Shown here: piece by piece, positions 61,591 through 64,000 of the stretch
Layout: each line of letters begins with the position of its first letter
Position numbering within the stretch: the first letter of the stretch is position 1
The notes under the pieces: generated by a model
What the model was told of the DNA's origin: nothing
Seen by the model: only the letters and a program-made list of their open reading frames with translations
Database searches by the model: none
Translations under genes and position numbers: made by a program
Assembly: GCA_965197475.1 (NCBI GenBank)
Contig: CBDANF010000003.1
Span: forward strand, 1,568,001-1,632,000
From: Candidatus Poribacteria bacterium
GTDB lineage: Bacteria > Poribacteria > WGA-4E > WGA-3G
Direction: 5' to 3'
Length of the DNA: 64,000 nt

Positions 61591-62133
61591 CTACTTACGG
61601 AAATTAGACATGCCAGGATCTGTATCACGTTCGATCCTGTAAGAGGCACCATCGTATCGACTAAAAGCACTTTGTACATTTATAAATGCGCCAAGTTCAA
61701 TCGGGAGCACTTGATTGTGATTTCCTCTGTCAAAATTTCCTTCACCGTTAAATTGAACAATCAGACGAACTGAATTGGAGCTATTATCGTTCATAGAGTC
61801 AATGTTAGTACAAGTCAGTTTGACTGAAATATGCGGCTCCTCGGAATCTAACGAAAATGTCTCGCTAAAATCCTGTGTAACAGAGTATTTCTTTTCGTTA
61901 TTGTGGATGACAACTTTATTACCGAAATTGCCCTTCTCTTCTCTGTAGTCGGTAGAAATAACCAGTTTGAATGCTGCTTCTGCGGGTGCCTCTACGGTTA
62001 CAGTAGCACTTTCAGGTAGGTCAGTGTCAGGGAACATCATTTCGCGTTCCCCTTCGGCACAACCGGTAAGAAAAGACGATATAAGTAGAAAGGCAAAAGC
62101 CGTAAAACTGAAAACAATGTTCAATTTTTTCAT
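61591..62133 (-). CDS. Hypothetical lipoprotein
   Basis: Lipobox LTGC; AAGGAG RBS. Confidence 0.7.
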   Translation of the reverse strand: MKKLNIVFSFTAFAFLLISSFLTGCAEGEREMMFPDTDLPESATVTVEAPAEAAFKLVISTDYREEKGNFGNKVVIHNNEKKYSVTQDFSETFSLDSEEPHISVKLTCTNIDSMNDNSSNSVRLIVQFNGEGNFDRGNHNQVLPIELGAFINVQSAFSRYDGASYRIERDTDPGMSNFRK

Positions 62134-62202
62134 TAGAAACTCCTTCAAATTAGAGAAAAATTAAAATATACTCATAGATGTATCTTAGATTCAATAGTAG
62201 TA

Positions 62203-62313
62203 ATACCCAATTAACTTGATTAGACGTTTTCGGATAAAGTCGGCATTGCAAGGCACGGGGACCTCGCGCTACAAATCGGGGTAATTGGGTATTATACCAA
62301 ATTACCCCGATTT
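62203..62313. repeat. MITE copy plus a truncated second unit next to the IS1 end
   Basis: Matches 52271-52365 (GATAAAGTCGGCATTGC...GGGACCTCGCGCTACAAATCGGGGTAA). Confidence 0.75.
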
Positions 62314-62323
62314 ATCTTATTTT

Positions 62324-63248
62324 GAGGGTATTGCCTAACTAATGGTATTTGATGTTAGTTTATCGAGATTTAAAATGTCAAATACATTTCCATTAACACG
62401 AAATCGGGCAAACAAGGCAATCGTTAGATTTACCATCTCCACGCCTTTTGAAACAATAATTGATTTGCGCTTGAAACGTCCAAACCAATGCCGCATCAGG
62501 CAGTTGTTGCGTTCAATGCGATGTGTTTCCGCTTTCGTCTGAACATGTTTTGAGGCAGGTAATACGGATGTATAGACCTGCCACTTGTCCGTATAATATA
62601 TTTCAACGTTCAATGCAGAGAGGCGATCAATGAGTTTTGCCAGCGTTTGTTTATCGCGTCCACCACATTTCCAGTCAATAAGATGTGCGGTGTTTCTATC
62701 AAAGGCTTTCCATATCCAAAGTTTGTTCTTTTTGTTGCCGAGGTAGTGCCACATCTCATCAAGTTCAAGAATAACAACTTGGGTGTTGGACAGCTGAGGT
62801 TTTTGGGCATGAGTTTTTGCGAATGTCCGTATCCATTTTAGCACCGAGGAAACATGAACAGAGAACAAATTGGAGATAGCGTTCATTGAAATACCATGAC
62901 AATATAACAAGACAGCGAACCTCTTTTGTTCGGGTGGATGTCCACGGGGTGTTGTCCGTGTCCATTGGTATTGACAGTGCGGACATCTATAGCGTTGAAC
63001 TTTGTTGACGTGTCCGTATTTAACGAAGTGTGTTGATTGATTGACATCTTGGACAGTTCACAGTATGCCTCCGGTGCGTTGATTGTTTTCGGAGATAAGC
63101 ATACAGTGTCTATCAAAAGAAGTCAAGCAAGATAACCATTTTTCTTGAAGGTTTTGCCAAGTATGTTATCATCTTTACAATTGATGCCATATAATGCGGT
63201 TAAGAGGAGTACCGATAGTTCAGGAATCATTAGTTAGGCAATACTCTC
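62324..63248 (-). mobile_element. IS1-family element 2; transposase (62335-63061) broken by a 4-bp duplication
   Basis: TIRs GAG(G/A)GTATTGCCTAACTAATG; (TCAA)x3 near 63033-63044, and removing one unit restores CPRCQSTHFVK...; no target-site duplication. Confidence 0.9.
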
Positions 63249-63264
63249 TTCATATCGTTGTTTA

Positions 63265-63960
63265 TCACTCGTCAATTGGTATTGTTTCTGTGCTTGTTGT
63301 GATGGTTACCTCTAAATTATGTCCTTCTATCAGAGACGGATCTATCTGACGTAGCACCGTGAGGACATGCATCAATTGCCTATGATTTTCCTGCTGTTCC
63401 TCAGGTAAAACCTCGATCCATGCCTCAAAAAGCGCAGTGAGATCCTCAAGTTCGACGGGACCCCCGGACATCTGTTTTAGTCTGTCTATTATTGCTTCAA
63501 CTGCTTCTTCGGATTGACCATATTTCTCCTGCAGATACGCCTGTGCATTTGCAAAGTCTTCCTCCTCTGTTTCTCCATCTAAGAGTGAAGTAACTTCCTC
63601 TGGTAACCCAAAAGCGGGAAGCAGGTGTGTCGGATCAAATTCGGATTCCTCTGTTTTTTCTGCCGATACTTTTTTATCTTCTGTGATATCAATCGGCTCA
63701 GACTCAACTGTGGTTTTTGGTTTAACTTCAAGATTTCCGTTAACCGATTCTGGTGATAGTATTGAATTAGATTGTTCGGAAGACTTGATTGTATCATCTT
63801 CGGATACAGATTCAGATGGCGTAGTGGACTGCGGAGGCACTCCAAGTTCTGATGTAAAACGTTTGTAACTCCACTGTGAGTATAAGTAGATGCTTGCTAG
63901 GAGAAGAATAGCAATAATTACTATACCCCCAATTGCTTTGAGATCAAGTTGTTTGAACAT
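63265..63960 (-). CDS. Hypothetical membrane-anchored acidic protein
   Basis: N-terminal TM helix; AAGGAG RBS; 231 aa. Confidence 0.7.
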   Translation of the reverse strand: MFKQLDLKAIGGIVIIAILLLASIYLYSQWSYKRFTSELGVPPQSTTPSESVSEDDTIKSSEQSNSILSPESVNGNLEVKPKTTVESEPIDITEDKKVSAEKTEESEFDPTHLLPAFGLPEEVTSLLDGETEEEDFANAQAYLQEKYGQSEEAVEAIIDRLKQMSGGPVELEDLTALFEAWIEVLPEEQQENHRQLMHVLTVLRQIDPSLIEGHNLEVTITTSTETIPIDE

Positions 63961-64000
63961 GTTTTCTCCTTTTTCATTTATGGTAGGTGCGGTTTCCTAT

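Noticed and set aside
62883-63116. Programmed InsA/InsB frameshift
   Set aside because: The sister element has one continuous ORF, and a 4-bp duplication explains the break.

Overview
Bacterial window, moderately AT-rich. Gene content most resembles sponge-associated Candidatus Poribacteria: a LamG protein with a C-terminal VEPxxKL..WGxLK tail, NHL/TPR proteins, Uma2 nucleases, a PhyH dioxygenase and a sulfatase. This taxon call is inferred, not searched. The core block is a complete minus-strand F1Fo ATP synthase operon (41339-50682), interrupted by two extra genes and followed by a small island bounded by a 147-bp duplicate of the atpC 3' end. Other content: a cluster of PQQ-type beta-propellers with an EhpF/EhpG (GriC/GriD)-like adenylation/reductase pair; a hidden selenoprotein (lipoprotein with Ig-like and redoxin domains, UxxC motif, SECIS-like hairpin); two IS1-family elements; and three IS1595-family elements. 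Two of the IS1595 elements carry passenger genes, structured RNA leaders and a conserved predicted antisense-RNA switch over the transposase RBS. There are also many MITEs and REP-like palindromes (one translated inside a gene), two pairs of tandem paralogues and many frameshifted genes. No rRNA, tRNA or CRISPR array was seen. All family assignments come from motif recognition by eye; no database search was run.
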